Source: Chlorokybus atmophyticus (taxonomy: Eukaryota; Plantae; Mesostigma and Chlorokybus algae). Taken from it: a DNA stretch of 64,000 nt. The position numbers and the translations under genes were made by a program. The notes under the pieces were generated by a model. It was given only the letters and a program-made list of their open reading frames with translations, did no database searches and was not told where the DNA came from. This document shows, in pieces, positions 1-11,900 of the stretch (positions within the stretch are counted from its first letter, which is position 1; every line of letters begins with the position of its first letter). The stretch lies in assembly GCA_009103225.1 (NCBI GenBank), contig RHPI01001428.1, forward strand, positions 308,158-372,157. Direction: 5' to 3'.

Positions 1-616
1 GCTCGGATGCCACCAGAGGCATCGTCCCTATGACTCCCGCGCGCGAATGTGCTTGAACTCTTAATTTGCAGCGGTTGACGGCAAAACCAGCCTTCAGAGC
101 AAAGCGTACACCTCGTCGCACAACACATCAAAAATCATTGATCATGTTGGCATGCCCAGCGGTTGCGAGTGCACATGCAGCTGCCTGCTGCTAAGTGTGC
201 ATGCTTGCATGATGTTTTCCTCTACCCTATGCTTGCCTCGTGCTAGTCCCAAGTTGGGACTCCCAAGAGAGAGTAGTTGCTCGATTTGATCAATGCATTG
301 CTGTGCGCTATTACTTTCTTTGAGGCTTCTAACATTGTGCTGATGATGGCTGTGTGGACAGACCTTTGCGCTGAGCAGGTGCATGCACTACACTTACACG
401 CCTGCAAGCACTAGGCCAGACCTGCCGGTGGCCTGGCGCTGCTATGCACAGAGTTGAGAGAAATTTTTCTCAACTCACGTGAGGCGACGCGAAACCGGAT
501 CGTTTTTTAGCCAGTTTGACCGAGCCAGTTCCTTCCCTCGCATCACCTGATCCAGGTCCGATTCCGGACGGTGCTCTCGAGCGTCCACGTCAGCTTAAGG
601 GTCAGACAGAGATGAG

Positions 617-2801
617 ATGTCAGCTGGCGTGCCACTGGGCATGTCTCTGCGAACAATGGCGGCGGCGGTAGTGTCGACGGCAAGGGCAGTGCCTTCTGCT
701 GCGGTCAGGAGTGCTGCGGCAGCGAGCTGCAGTAGCAGCGGAAGGAGCAGCTTTAGTGCTAATAACAGCAGGCGGGATCAGCACAAGCAGAAGGCGTTTG
801 CTTCGTCTTGCTTTTCGTCCTCTTTTGCAGGACAGCAACTTGTAGCGAGGTGAGTATGCTGCTGTGATAGTTAGATTGGTCATGGCTGTTTGCTCAGTGG
901 CAGTGGAGTTGATGATTGACGTTGTTTGCATCCATGCACAGAGCTGCCCCTTCTCCCCTGCGGCCAAGGCAGCCGTCTGCAAGCGTCACCACGTGCGCAG
1001 TGCAGCAGACTGAGAACATGCAGGCTGAAAGCATGCAGGCAAGAGCCTTGTCGCTTTTGTGTTTGTACTTTGATATGTTTGCGTATCTGGGGCGCGGGAA
1101 AAGGGGGGGGGGGGGGGTCTTGTGGTGCTTGTGTGTGGTCGGTGTTTACGTAATTGCANGGGGGGGGGGGGGTCTCTTGTGGTGCTTGTGTGTGGTCGGT
1201 GTTTACGTAATTGCACGTATATTCAAATTCGCGTCGTCATCACAGTTTACGCAAGGCGTGTCTCGGTTATGATGCCATGTACTGGAACGAAACCACAGAT
1301 GCTGTAAGGTCACACAGTTAGCTTGCCGTTGGTTAGTTCTCACCCAACTATGCATCACTTGCAGCTTTCAACTAACGGGCAGAAGGAGTCCCCACTGCAG
1401 GTCACGTACTTGGAGGTGGGCGGTTTTGACACAACATGTACTCACAGCTGTTGCATTTGTGCTTGTTGAATCCTCACTCACTACCAATTCAACTACCGAT
1501 TATACCAACACAGAACAATGGGTGGATATGGGAGGTGGGCGGCGTGCGCATCCTCGTGGACCCATGGCTCGAGGACGCCCTCGACTTCGGCATCCCCTGG
1601 TTCTACAAAGCTTTCAAGAAGAAGCTCCGCTCGTACGGAGTAAGTAGTGATAGATGTGCACGCATGCATGTGCGCGGGCATGTGCGTGTATGTGCACATA
1701 TGTCTTTGTGTCATGACTACCTGGCTGCCTCTCTCAACCCCACTCAGCTCCCCACTCTCGTTTTCAGATCAAGGACCTCCCGCCGGTGGACCTGGTCCTC
1801 CTCACGCAGTCCCTGGACGACCACGCTCACATGAAGACCCTCGTCCCGCTCTCCCAGGTGCGCCCGGACCTCCCGGTCCTCACTGTGCCGAGCGCCGTTG
1901 AGAAGCTCAAGAAGACCTCATTCAAGAATGTAAGTGTTGGATCAACACAAATTTGACAATCGGTATGTTATGGTGTCATCATCAACCTCCTATCAATGAT
2001 ACACTACGACACAATTAAGCAAACATGAGAGCGCGCGCACGCACGTGTGTGCGTGTGCGAGCGCACGTCCATCAGTGGGTGCGCGCGTGCACTGACACAC
2101 ACATGCACATGTGTGCGCGCACACGCCCATACACACGCATACACGCAGGTGAGGGCCATACCGATTGGGGAGGAGGTGAGGTTGACAGACAACGTGACGG
2201 TACGCGCGACGACGGGGGCACTTGTCGGGCCGCCCTGGCAGAAGCAGGAAAACGGGTATGTCATTACCACCACGACACCGGAAACCTTCTCGATGTACTA
2301 TGAGCCGCACTGCATGTATGACGAGAGTGAGCTCAAAGACACCCGCGTCGACGTGGTAAGCAGGGATGTTGTTACTGTCGTCAGGCATGAGAACACGCAC
2401 ATGCACACGTACACATATGTAGATTCACGATACTCATGTGCGTGGGTGTTCATGCAGTCACGTACATACTGCGCATAAGCAAAAGCATTGAAGTCAGTCT
2501 CTGTTGATGACTCGTCGTGTGCACTTTGCAGGTGATTACTCCAATAGTGAGTCAGGAACTGCCGTTCTACACGCTTGTGGCGGGTGGCGAGAAGGCGGCG
2601 AGGTTAACGAAGCTGCTTGGTGCTAAGTATGTGGTGCCCTGCTTCAATGCGGACATGGAGGCCACTGGCATCCTTAATGTCGTAGTTAACAGCATAGGTG
2701 ACGCCGACAAATTTACAAAGTACCTAAGGGATGCTGGCTCGGACGCGCGCATTGTACGCCCCGAACCCGGTGAACCTTTTGCACTGCCCCTGCGAGAGTG
2801 A
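617..2801 (+). CDS. Plastid-targeted metallo-beta-lactamase-fold hydrolase (Lactamase_B_3 / At1g29700-like), about 7 exons
   Basis: The Ala/Ser-rich N-terminus (617-849) resembles a transit peptide. Spliced exons give VTYLE-NNGWIWEVGGVRILVDPWLEDALDFGIPWFY, DLPPVDLVLLTQSLDDHAHMKTL (MBL metal-binding region), ATTGALVGPPWQKQENGY, YYEPHC and VITPIV...YVVP. Splice sites are GT-AG and the stop is at 2801. Confidence 0.85.
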
Positions 2802-3855
2802 TTGTGTGGTTGTTGCAATCAGGTGGAAGGCAGTTGAGCTTGTGTATATTTGAAACATGTTGAGAAGCACATAGTTTTGGGACTTAGGATGTGCCTTCGA
2901 ATGGGTGGGTGTAAAGCCATTGCGGATGAATGTGTGCAAATTGTGTCTAGTTGTGTGTTAGGCAACGTTGATAACATTGATGTCGTGCACACTCTGTTAG
3001 GGTAGTGAAGTTAGAGGTAGCACATACCGTGTAACCTGGCTGTGTTGAACGCAAGGTTGTGGTAAGTGTGCATGCTGTTAGAATTGACATGACTGCTTGC
3101 ATGTGCGGCATGACAACATACCGCAACAGAGTGCGTATACAACTATATGCTAGCATGTGCAGCTGCCTACCCAATACACTCAGCTGGCGCATTGGCACCC
3201 CCATACTTATCTGTATGCATAATTGATATGCGCATGTTGCTTATTGGGCATGTATGTACGCAATACTCAATCTAGTGTGGTGTGGAGTCACAACTGCGTC
3301 AGGAACCTACGGCCTGTTTCGACAAGTGCGCCAGCCATGGATGCAGGCGATGCAAGTGGCATCCACAGCCTGTTGTGTCTCTTCTAAGTAGGCAGGCGTT
3401 GGTGGTGCTGGTACACACATTGTCGCAGATGCTAGCACTGTCTGTCGTGTTGGTCATTGTCAACATAAACCGCAAGTCGTATAATACAGTATGCAAGGAT
3501 TCGTGCACAAATTGCAAGCCCCATCAATGTCAGCCAATGTAGTGCAACATAACAGTTCGTGGGGTATACCACAACAACAGGCAATCACCCGTGCAACACT
3601 TGTATCAAGCACTGTTACAACTCTTCGCAATGCATGCCAGTGTGGCTTGTCCGCGCAACAGGGTAACTCAGTCCACTACAGCAGCTGTAACGTACATTCA
3701 CTATCATGTCACCTCGTGCTTTGTTTGCGTATGGGGAGTGCATGTGCATCCCTATACATGTTTGATACACACATTGTGCGGTGAAACAACAAGCCTGGTG
3801 TAATCACTCACTCACAAAAGAGGCGTTGTGCGCACATCACGACATCTACCCCTGT

Positions 3856-5343
3856 TCATTGCTGCGCTGCATCTGGCATGACAGTTTCTGGCACTACATC
3901 ACAGTCAGCACCAAAGTGCATATGTGAAGCAGCAACACTCGTGTCACCTCGTCCAGTCTCCACATCCTCTTGCACACGCGCCTTGTCATCAGAATCGGGC
4001 CACCACTGCCGGCTTTGGCTTGTGGACTTGGGAGAAGACTTGGGGGAAGACTTGGGGGAAGACTTGGAGGAAGACTTGCGCGGTGACTTGGGTGATTTTG
4101 GAGACTTGGGAGGTGTCTTGGGCCTCTTCTTTCTCTCGAGCGCGGCCCACGGGTTTTCCAACATGGACTTCTTGAAGTACACGTGCATGTCAGACCCGCC
4201 CCCTGTGCGCGGGGCTTTCGGCCCTCGGCCTCTGCTGGCAAAGTTTTTACTGCTTTGCCAACCGCCTCTCTGCTGTGCAATGTGACCAGCTTGTGGTCGT
4301 GCATGACCATAATAGCCTGGCGATGATGGTGGTGGTGGTGGGTGTTGTTGTTGTTGGTGCAACAAAGGAGGCCTGAACATCATCGGTGGAGGTGGTGGGA
4401 AAGGGTGCTGATGAGGCGGGATGAAGCCACCGCGAGGCGCGTAGCGCGGTTGAAAATGTGGCCGTTGATGTTGGTAATGTGGTTGTTGTTGGCGATGTTG
4501 TGGTGTAAATGCACCGGGAGACTGGTTGGCGGGGTAGTCATTGCTGTTGGTTTGCGGGTTGTATGCGGGTGGTAGAGCTTGTGCAATGGGGGTTGCGGCG
4601 TAGCTCGTGCGCTGTTCGCGCTGCACTGTAGACAGCGGATTGCTGTAGAATGTGAAGTTTGTCCTCGTGCTTGTGCTAGGCGCTTCTGCGGCTTCCGCCA
4701 GAGGGTTGAGCATATGCGAATTAGTTGCTGTAGGAAGACCTCCACCAGACTGGTCCTGCGCAGGTCAATATGAGTGTGTCAACAATTGTCACCATAGAGA
4801 CCAAAGAGACGAAGCACAAGCAGGCACACACAGGCACACGCACACAAGCCAGCCAGTAACACTGTGAAATGTGGCGCTCAGGCACTGCTACAGCCACTAC
4901 CTCACAAAGCAATGCAGAGATTCGTGGCATTGCACCTGACAAGACTGCGCTTTGTGACTGTGGAACCCTGCTTGATGTCATGCTCTTTGCGGCTACAGTG
5001 CAAGCGGCAATTCTTATTAACCGTGAGCAGCATTTGTAGACTTTGCACGCTCATGCTGCCAAGCATTTAACACAGAACAAGACAACAGCATACACGCAAC
5101 GTCAAGCCTCTGCTTGATAGGAGCCAACTGTGCTTATTCAACACGAAGAAAGGACAAAGCAACAGACACTCGACTAGCTATACTGTTGAACATGAATTAT
5201 CGGCTTTCACCTGCTTGCATGCAAGCAATTCGTTGTAACAACATATATGAGACAGATGTTATCCCGAGTTTTGGCCTTGCCTGCGCTGCTTCGCTACGCA
5301 TTGCCATCAACCGCTGCCGCCTCTCCGCCGCTCCTTCCTCCAT
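3856..5343 (-). CDS. SIC: SICKLE / MPLKIP(TTDN1)-like proline-rich protein
   Basis: First exon MEEGAAERRQRLMAMRSEAAQ (ATG at 5343). The large exon from the acceptor at 4755 contains MLNPLAE...FTFYSNPL, a P/Q/H-rich middle and YFKKSMLENPW. These blocks match my recollection of plant SICKLE (KRKQMLKAMRMEAA, LSNPLAE...RFDYYTDP, SMxEDPW). The intron 1 donor is ambiguous: GC at 5280, or GT near 5209 plus a 35-nt mini-exon. Confidence 0.7.
4025..4120 (-). repeat. Coding 12-bp and 9-bp tandem repeats encoding PKSPKSPKSPRKSSSKSSPKSSPKSSPKS
   Basis: On the + strand, gacttgg(g/a)g(g/a)aa occurs 4 times from 4025, followed by 9-bp units of the gacttgggt/gattttgga/gacttggga type. Confidence 0.9.
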
Positions 5344-5442
5344 AGCAACGACTCCCCTTGCTCTTCCTCCAACCCCTCCGCCTCCTCCTCCTGCTCCTCC
5401 TCTAGCTCCTCTTCCCGCACCGACCACCCTCGCCGCCAGCGC

Positions 5443-6554
5443 TTGGCCACACCTACGCATAGACAGCCCGGCAGAGCGTGTCCCCCTGCTCCCCCACCGG
5501 CGGCGCAGACACGGCAGGTGACAGGGCGGCCACCCCCAACGGCAACGACGACCACAGCGACAATGACGGCGACGACGACAACACCACACTGCTGGTTAGC
5601 CGGCAACTCTATCAGCAGGTCGTTGCCGTCGTCATCGGCGGCAGCGGCGGCGGCGGTGCCGGACAGGACGAACAACTTCAAGGCATCAGGCCGCATACGT
5701 ATCACTGAACGCACAATATGAGCAGTGCTTGAATCTGTGTGCATGTTGTGGTGCTGTGGTTGTATTTGCGCAGGAAAGGACGGGAACGCAGCGCATGGAG
5801 CTTGGGTACAAGGGGTGCATTGTGTGCACAAGACAGCCAGCCAACTCGAATAGCAAGCCGAACAACAGCTCTCTGGCGACATGTCATGCAAGCATGCACT
5901 CCGTTCCTACACTCAAATTCCTACATTCAAACAGTGATTGTCAGTCAATGGTTCAAAAGGAGATCCTCGCGGCAAACAACCACACAGGCGTGAGCAACTT
6001 ACAGGGACACTTCATGATAAGCAGCAACCAGACGCGCGCACGCAAGCAAGGGGTCCAGCCACAACGTCTTGAAAGCTACATGCAATGGTAGGGTGGGGCC
6101 CCTTGCTTGAACCGTCAGCAGGAGTTACGAAAGCTACGACGACGGTTCAAAGGACATGCCCCTTAGAACTAACCACATATGTATATAATAGAGGAACTTC
6201 AGTAATACGCAAACAGATGCGCGAATGCAAGCAATGGGCCAACCATACTGAGGAAAGCTGCATGCATGATTGAGGGTGGACCCCCTTGCATGAACCAGTC
6301 AGCAGGAATTGCACAAGCCATGACATCACAGCAACATAGACACAAGCTGCATTTCCTGCATTGAACTACAGCCGTAACGAACACGGCAGATCAAGACGAA
6401 ACGCCATGTACCGGACACAAGTACTGCGCTGGAGCAGGTGTTTAAAGTAGCCCAAAGCTCACAATGTAACACCGAGACAACGCTGGCACAGAGTGGACAA
6501 CAAGATGAGGTTGAACAGCAGATTAGGAGTGTAATACCGACGAAGATTGTTGGT
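5443..6554 (+). CDS. Possible small spliced hypothetical gene divergent from the SICKLE-like gene
   Basis: Low-complexity GC-rich ORF 5443-5721, an acceptor-like tttgcgcag at about 5772, and a terminal reading STALEQVFKVAQSS...IPTKIVGGL* near 6420-6554. No family was recognised and splicing was not resolved. Confidence 0.22.
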
Positions 6555-6684
6555 GGCCTATAGACGGCAGGCCGTTGCCACTTAGGGCACATGCCCTTGC
6601 GGCAAGCGTGTGGACTTGGCGAGAAGAATGAGCAGGAGTAGAATGTACAAGGAGTGTGGTGCGAGGTGCTGTTGCCAAAAAGAC

Positions 6685-8391
6685 TCACACCAATTTGGGG
6701 GAATGGCGTTGGATCCGATGAGGTAGTTTGCTGATCTCGATGTTGTGGGTTTCGTTATCAATGCACAGCTCCTTCCTCAAGGCGTCCAGCATCTGCAGTC
6801 GCTCCCACGTGAGCGTGGGAGCTTGGGTGTGAAATGTTTTCAGCACGGCGCCATACGCCTCCAGCTGCTGCACGGCAAGAGGCCTCTTGTCTGCAACATA
6901 GTTTGTTGAAGCCGCATTACGCCGCTTCCTGGCGGACTCCTGCTTGGACGGCAACTCAAAGGCCCTCGCATAGCTCGTCCGCCGCTTGCGTGGCGTGTCC
7001 CTCTCAGTTGCATGTACAGGAGCCGCCAATGCATGCGCGGGAACCGCTGCGTGTGGTGACAGCGACCAGGGTGACAGAAGTGTGGGGATATGTAACTGCA
7101 ACCACAAACCACTACTCAATCATTGACAGAAGTTGATTGGCAACAAGGGTGCTTACGCTTACCAACTCGTCTGAAGCTTCACTTGAGAATGCTGGCATCT
7201 CTTCCAGCTGCGGCTCACCAGACTGCCCTGGTATCAGTAAAACGGGGGTTCCTGCCCTGCATAGAAGAGTGGCAGTGTTGTCCTCAGGGGGAAGTCCCTT
7301 GCGTGCTCGATACTCGGCCAGTTGAGAGGGTGTGACATAAGGCAGTTCGGGTGGTGAGCGCTGCAGTATAGCGTTGTGTAAGAGAAAACGCAGAGTGGGT
7401 TTGGGTCAGCCCGCAGCGAGGATGTCGTAGACAAGCAGGATGCACTTACTTGGTATACGCGGTGCCATGCGCTGACTCCCACAACTGCATTGTTCGCCCA
7501 CTCGATGCGAGGCCGAATGTGGGGAGGCTCGAAACACATGTACTCAATAGTTGCAGGGAAAAAGACCCAGTACTTGCCGTCTGCATGCAAAATGTGCAGT
7601 CTGGGGACGGGCTCGTTGCAATGGAGGTGCATGTGTGACATGCAACCGGCTTAGCATGCATTGAAGCATCTGTTATTGCATGCAGCCTGCCATATTGTCA
7701 AGGCTCTTGCAATACCGCGACGCACAGAGCAAGCCCTGCTCAACACAATCACCTGCAAACCGCTCTTTGACCACCCCTTCCCACCATGAGTCCATGTAAT
7801 ACGCTTCAACAGCATCAGCTTCCTTCCATTGCTGTACAGATAACGGTACAAGTCAAACAGCAGACTAGTCACAATGTGCACACAGAGAGACTCCACCGAA
7901 CTCAGATGAAATCTTGCCAATGAAAGCTTGCTTGTTCTACACAGCAACTCAAACCCGCGCAGCATGCAGCTGCCATGCTCTCACCTGTTGAGAGACATCA
8001 GTCTGGGGAGGCCGCGGCCTCACGTTCTCGTGCAGCGCCGCCTCCACCTGCAGCGGGCTAGTGTCCTCCTCGCTCTCATGAATGTCGCAATACTGTACCC
8101 TGTACTCTGTTCTGAGCACCTCTAGAACCTACAAGCCACAACGAGACAATGTGCACCTCAAGGCGTTGCAACTCTCGTGAAGGGACCACCCAAATGCTTT
8201 TCGGTTTGCTGGAATGACATGATCAAGGTTGAACAACTTGAAACTGGTTACTGATTGCATACAGAAGACTGTAGGTATATAAACTGTAGGTATATAATCT
8301 GTTTGAGTCTCCGCACCGTGCATGTGAACCACGCTCCATAGTACCCGGCCTCTCGGACCGTCACTTCCGCCTCTTGGCCAGGCTGCAGCAT
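6685..8391 (-). CDS. Tandem Agenet/Tudor domain protein with C-terminal ENT (EMSY N-terminal) domain
   Basis: Agenet 1: MLQPGQEAEVTVREAGYYGAWFTCT and VQYCDIHESEEDTSPLQVEAALHENVRPRPP. Agenet 2: WKEADAVEAYYMDSWWEGVVKE and GKYWVFFPATIEYMCFEPPHIRPRIEW. ENT: QQLEAYGAVLKTFHTQAPTLTWERLQMLDALRKELCIDNETH. Confidence 0.75.
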
Positions 8392-8985
8392 GGGCTTTGG
8401 CTGGCTGAACAGCTTCGTTGTTGCTTGAGTGAGGCAACCAACACTGAGGCCCACATGCAAGAAGGAATCCTTCAACTGGGCTGGCTGTTTGCCTCACTCA
8501 CAGCTTCACGTCAGCCTCATCCTTTGACAGCTTTGACAATGTGCCATTCCACTAGATGCATGAAACTGCTCTGACTACTACGGTTGCTGCAACTCAGCAA
8601 AGCAGCAGCTGACAGCTCTCTCTCTACTTGCTACTCAGCGGAGCAGGCAAGTGATCCGTCGGCCAAGCCTCCAGGCCGCCCAAGCATGAGCCGCCCACAA
8701 TCGCGCCAGCAATCACGGTCACTGCATGAGAGCAAGCAAGAACAGGCAAGCTTAAGCCCATAAACACATCTATGCTAAAACACAATGCAAAGCACAACAT
8801 TGCTTCTGAAAGCTTTCTCAGAACGAAAAGCTGCGTGCTCCGTTTCAGAATCAGCAGCAGAGTGGTAATTTTAGGGTTGGGGCGGCGAGGTGGGCGGCGA
8901 GGTGGTTAAGGTGAGGGGCGGAAGCTGGGCGGGGATCGGGCGCCGGCTGGTCGTGGTGCTGGGTGGCAACTAGGGGCGTATACGC
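8392..8985. promoter_or_regulatory. Probable bidirectional promoter between the Agenet/ENT gene and MOS14
   Basis: Head-to-head start codons about 600 bp apart. This is a positional inference only and no motif was proven. Confidence 0.35.
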
Positions 8986-11900
8986 ATGTCTGCCGATGGC
9001 GGCAGCAGCGTCACCGCCGCGCAGACGGCCGCGACGCTGCTGCAGGCTCTGCAGGCGCTCTACCACCACCCGGATGAAGGAGTAAAGAAGGCTGCCGACC
9101 GCTGGCTTGAGGAGTTTCAACACAGCGTTGAAGCCTGGCAGGTGCGATTTACTGATGCTAACCAAGCTATAATCTATAATCTTAACGCCGATGGCAAGCT
9201 TCTCAACTCTGCAGCATGCGTTGCATGCTCAATGCAGTGCTTCTACAAGCATTGGCATTGTTATGGATACTGAGTCGTTGTCTACTTGCGTTGTAGGCAT
9301 AAGTGCACACGTGTTGTCCATATCAATGCTGCATGCAGGGGCGGCTTCTGTGTTGGACATGTGTTTCAGCGGATGTTGCCTTTAAGTGTGCACGCACGAA
9401 TGCACGAACGCCTCCACGCGTTACGGTCGTTGCACTCTGTAGCCACATCAGCTTCAGATCGTGTTCGTGATGTGTTCGCTGAAGCTTTGTAATCTTTGCC
9501 GGCTGTACGCATCGCGTTCACTGCATAAGACACAGTGTCTGTGCATGTCGAGCAATGTAGCACGCAGTATGAACGCCTCAAAGCAGACATACGCACATCA
9601 GGCTCACATGCCGCTACGCAGGTCACAGATGGTTTGCTGCACGATGACTCCATTGCCATGGAAGTGCAGTACTTTTGCGCACAGACACTGTGCACCAAGG
9701 TAAGTGATGGCATGCCAGCTGTAGCGACAGATTGCAACACCAAGCGCAGATGCTTGCTGTGGTGCGCAACCGCTGTTGCACAGGTGCAAAAAGATTTCGA
9801 GGAGCTTCCTCCTGGGGCCGGCCTCTCCTTGCGCGACTCTATGCTGGTAGTTGGAGTTAGCCAAGTTGTGCCCTCTGTCGGCCACACTGCTGTGACTGAG
9901 CGTTGAACTCATCTTGGTTGTTTTTGCGTGCAGGTGCTGCTTGCACGTTTTGCCAACGGGCCTCCTGCTGTTCGCACTCAGGCAAGCTTGCAGTGTATGT
10001 GGTGAAGTATATACGCATGTGTACATACGTGTGCATGCATGTTGTGGTGGTGGCCTCTAGCAACCTCGGCATAGCACATACACTTTCACATATGCATACA
10101 AACTGATGCCGCTAGACACTTCCAGACATGTACACTCAGTCGTATACGTTTATGTACGTGTGTACGAAAATACACACGCATGGTGTCGGTTATGACATTA
10201 AATGGTACATGATATGTTTATATTGTGATCATTGCACAATCACACAGTGACAGTGTTGTATGCATGTGCTTGCGCCTGATACAATATAGCATCATGCTGA
10301 TACCGTACCACCGGCTTACACGTTATGATTGCAGTTATGCCTGGCGACGGCGGCGCTTGCAGCCCACACAACTCAGGATGAGTGGCAGCGCGCCAGTGAA
10401 GGTGCAGGAGTTGTGCAGTGGTTGAGGTTGACACTCGGCTCAGATCCGTCCACTCTACCCTGCATGCTGGAGCTGTTGCATGTGCTTCCACAGGTACAGT
10501 GATGACGGGCATGTGCTTCATTCGCCATCACACACTAAAACGGGTTGCAGGAAGCAGGCAGTCACAAGATTGCAGTTGTCCCCGACCGGAGGCGGCAGTT
10601 CTGGGATGAACTGCAGGCTTCTGCATCGGATGCTTTGTCTATGCTGGCGGTGTGTTACCAGCAGTATTCAATGAAGGCGCCGGTACTGTCTGGTTGCCGT
10701 ACGTGGATCGGTCATTGTTGCGTATAACGCAAGCAGCCTGTATTGTGATGTGCAGCGCACTGACGCATCACTTTGTTTCTTTCTAGGCGCTTGCCGCATA
10801 CAGCACATGGCTGCGACTGTGTGAAAAGTAAGTGGGTTCCAAATTTGACGCAGCTCTACGTTGTTTCAATAGTGATGCAGCTGACAAAATACACTTTTGC
10901 ACGCTGCCTGTTGGTTGTCTTTGTGCGCAGCTTGGCCAACACTTGACATCTTGTGCTATTTGCAGAATACCTGCAAGGGAGATGGTCAACCACCCACTGA
11001 TGAAAGCCGCGTTGGACGGATTGGACTCTCTTGACACATTTGACGATGCTGTTGACGGTAACTTGACAGCCTTGCATTGTAGTGCCACTCTAAGCAAACC
11101 ACATTTACTGTAGTAAACTTGGACTCCGAGTTACCCAGACCTTGTGTGCAGCTGTGTGCGAATTGATACGCTACTCTGGCAACTGCCTATCCCAGTCCGA
11201 CGATGGTGCCATGGCGTTCATCCAAATCCTGGTCCAGCGAGTTCTGTCATTGAGGCCGCGGTTGGCGGCAGCAGCAGCTCGGGTACACATCAATGCTTGG
11301 TTGTCTGGAAGTGCAGCACACATGCTTACAGCTGTTAGCAGACATTCAATGACATTGATGCCATGCAGGTGCGCCACGCGGAACCCGGCTCATCAGAACT
11401 AGAGGTTGGTCCTGTGCACTGGAGTGCATCACTGCCGCATGTGCATTAAGTCATGATACTGCTGTGAACAGGATGAAGACACTGCAAAGGCTCTTGCTAG
11501 AGTCTTTGCAGAGGTGGGAGAAACGTATGTAACATTTGTGGCAGAAGGTGCAAACTCTTTGGTTGCTTTTAACAACATTGCTGCTTAAGAAATAGCATGT
11601 GCAACTTCACCATACGTGTTGATCAGCTGGATACTTGTCCATGCAGGAACGCAAGACGGGGTGATAGTGGTGGAGTCTTTACTTGACGTTGCTGCATATC
11701 CAGATGATGAGATTGCAGCGACGACGTTCAACTTCTGGCATGACTTGCAGAGAGCACTGGTTCGCAGGTCTGTTGCTAGTTTGGTGACACGTTTATCGCC
11801 TTGGTCTCTGCTTTAGTTGAGGTCATTGATAAGTCTTCCATGTGCACAGACCCATTTTCAGTCCTGCGCTGCATGCTGCTGGAGACACAGCAATGCAGGC

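Noticed and set aside
1-400. Possible 5' exons of a minus-strand gene leaving the window (ORF 142-384 and a reading near 1-110)
   Set aside because: There is no consistent start or splice path and no recognisable family.
1117-1216. Direct repeat of about 45 bp (cttgtggtgcttgtgtgtggtcggtgtttacgtaattgca) after poly-G
   Set aside because: The two copies flank the N at 1159, which is the signature of an unmerged contig overlap.
8871-8882. Telomere-like TTTTAGGG motif
   Set aside because: A single copy, which is expected by chance.
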